DNA of 45,957 nt, from contig DCDD01000204.1 in NCBI GenBank assembly GCA_002316235.1, forward strand, positions 1-45,957. Direction: 5' to 3'. The position numbers and the translations under genes are program-made. Positions 45,863 through 45,957 of the stretch are shown here, one piece after another; within the stretch, counting starts at the first letter, position 1, and the number at the start of each line of letters is the position of its first letter. Under the pieces are notes generated by a model, which made no database searches, was not told the DNA's origin, and was given only the letters and a program-made list of their open reading frames with translations. The DNA is from Bacteroidales bacterium UBA1064 (lineage in GTDB: Bacteria > Bacteroidota > Bacteroidia > Bacteroidales > Tenuifilaceae).

Positions 45863-45957
45863 AAACTTCAGGGTGATAAATTTTGTCAGGAACAAGCAAA
45901 TGAAGGTTACGGTATTTTCTGTTGATAAGTCTTTGGTAGATTTTTTGAACAACCCGA

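Noticed and set aside
1-45957. Search for CRISPR arrays, tRNA/rRNA genes, integrases, transposases, phage genes, toxin-antitoxin pairs and known defence genes.
   Set aside because: No regularly spaced repeats beyond two-copy short duplications were seen. No tRNA-like cloverleaf ends or rRNA segments were recognised. No ORF has recombinase, transposase, nuclease-helicase or toxin-antitoxin hallmarks. The window looks like core chromosome, not an island.

Overview
This is a 46 kb chromosomal window from a Bacteroidota genome. The evidence is a SusC/SusD pair, many lipoprotein signal peptides, TAnnTTTG-type -7 promoter boxes and no Shine-Dalgarno sequences. Most of it is ordinary, syntenic housekeeping DNA. 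No rRNA, tRNA, CRISPR array, integrase or transposase was recognised. All calls rest on motif recognition by eye; no homology search was run.

Gene content, left to right:
- 351-11961: a polysaccharide utilisation locus (PUL). It reads GH144-like glucanase, SusC, SusD, LamG lipoprotein, strong hairpin terminator, a second Ig-domain-extended GH144-like gene, then a GH3 beta-glucosidase. The enzyme set suggests a beta-1,2-glucan or sophoro-oligosaccharide substrate.
- 12109-12816: a metallophosphoesterase.
- 13101-18587: a canonical rseC-rnfBCDGEA operon.
- 18854-20464: a SAM methyltransferase and a lone ABC ATPase.
- 29315-20601, minus strand: a co-directional block of manA, SiaB/RsbW-like kinase, YD-repeat protein, propeller/Y_Y_Y-sensor PP2C phosphatase and S9 peptidase. 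It ends at a perfect 20-bp hairpin.
- 29406-42728: a conserved housekeeping block of udk, exonuclease, hydrolase, pdxJ, CBS protein, nadK, two OM barrels, uppS, bamA, two skp/ompH genes, murI and a TGS-nucleoside kinase.
- 42912-45758: a SPOR protein paired with a TSP3/EF-hand outer-membrane protein.

Observations most worth follow-up:
1. The second GH144-like gene is interrupted by one in-frame TAA, with conservation continuing after the stop.
2. The same gene shows an abrupt GC shift between its N-terminal and catalytic parts.
3. A glycan-sensor-like PP2C phosphatase and a SiaB-like kinase have no STAS/SiaC-type substrate gene between them.
4. The SPOR protein and the TSP3/EF-hand protein form a tightly linked envelope pair.

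None of these can be called a new system from sequence alone.
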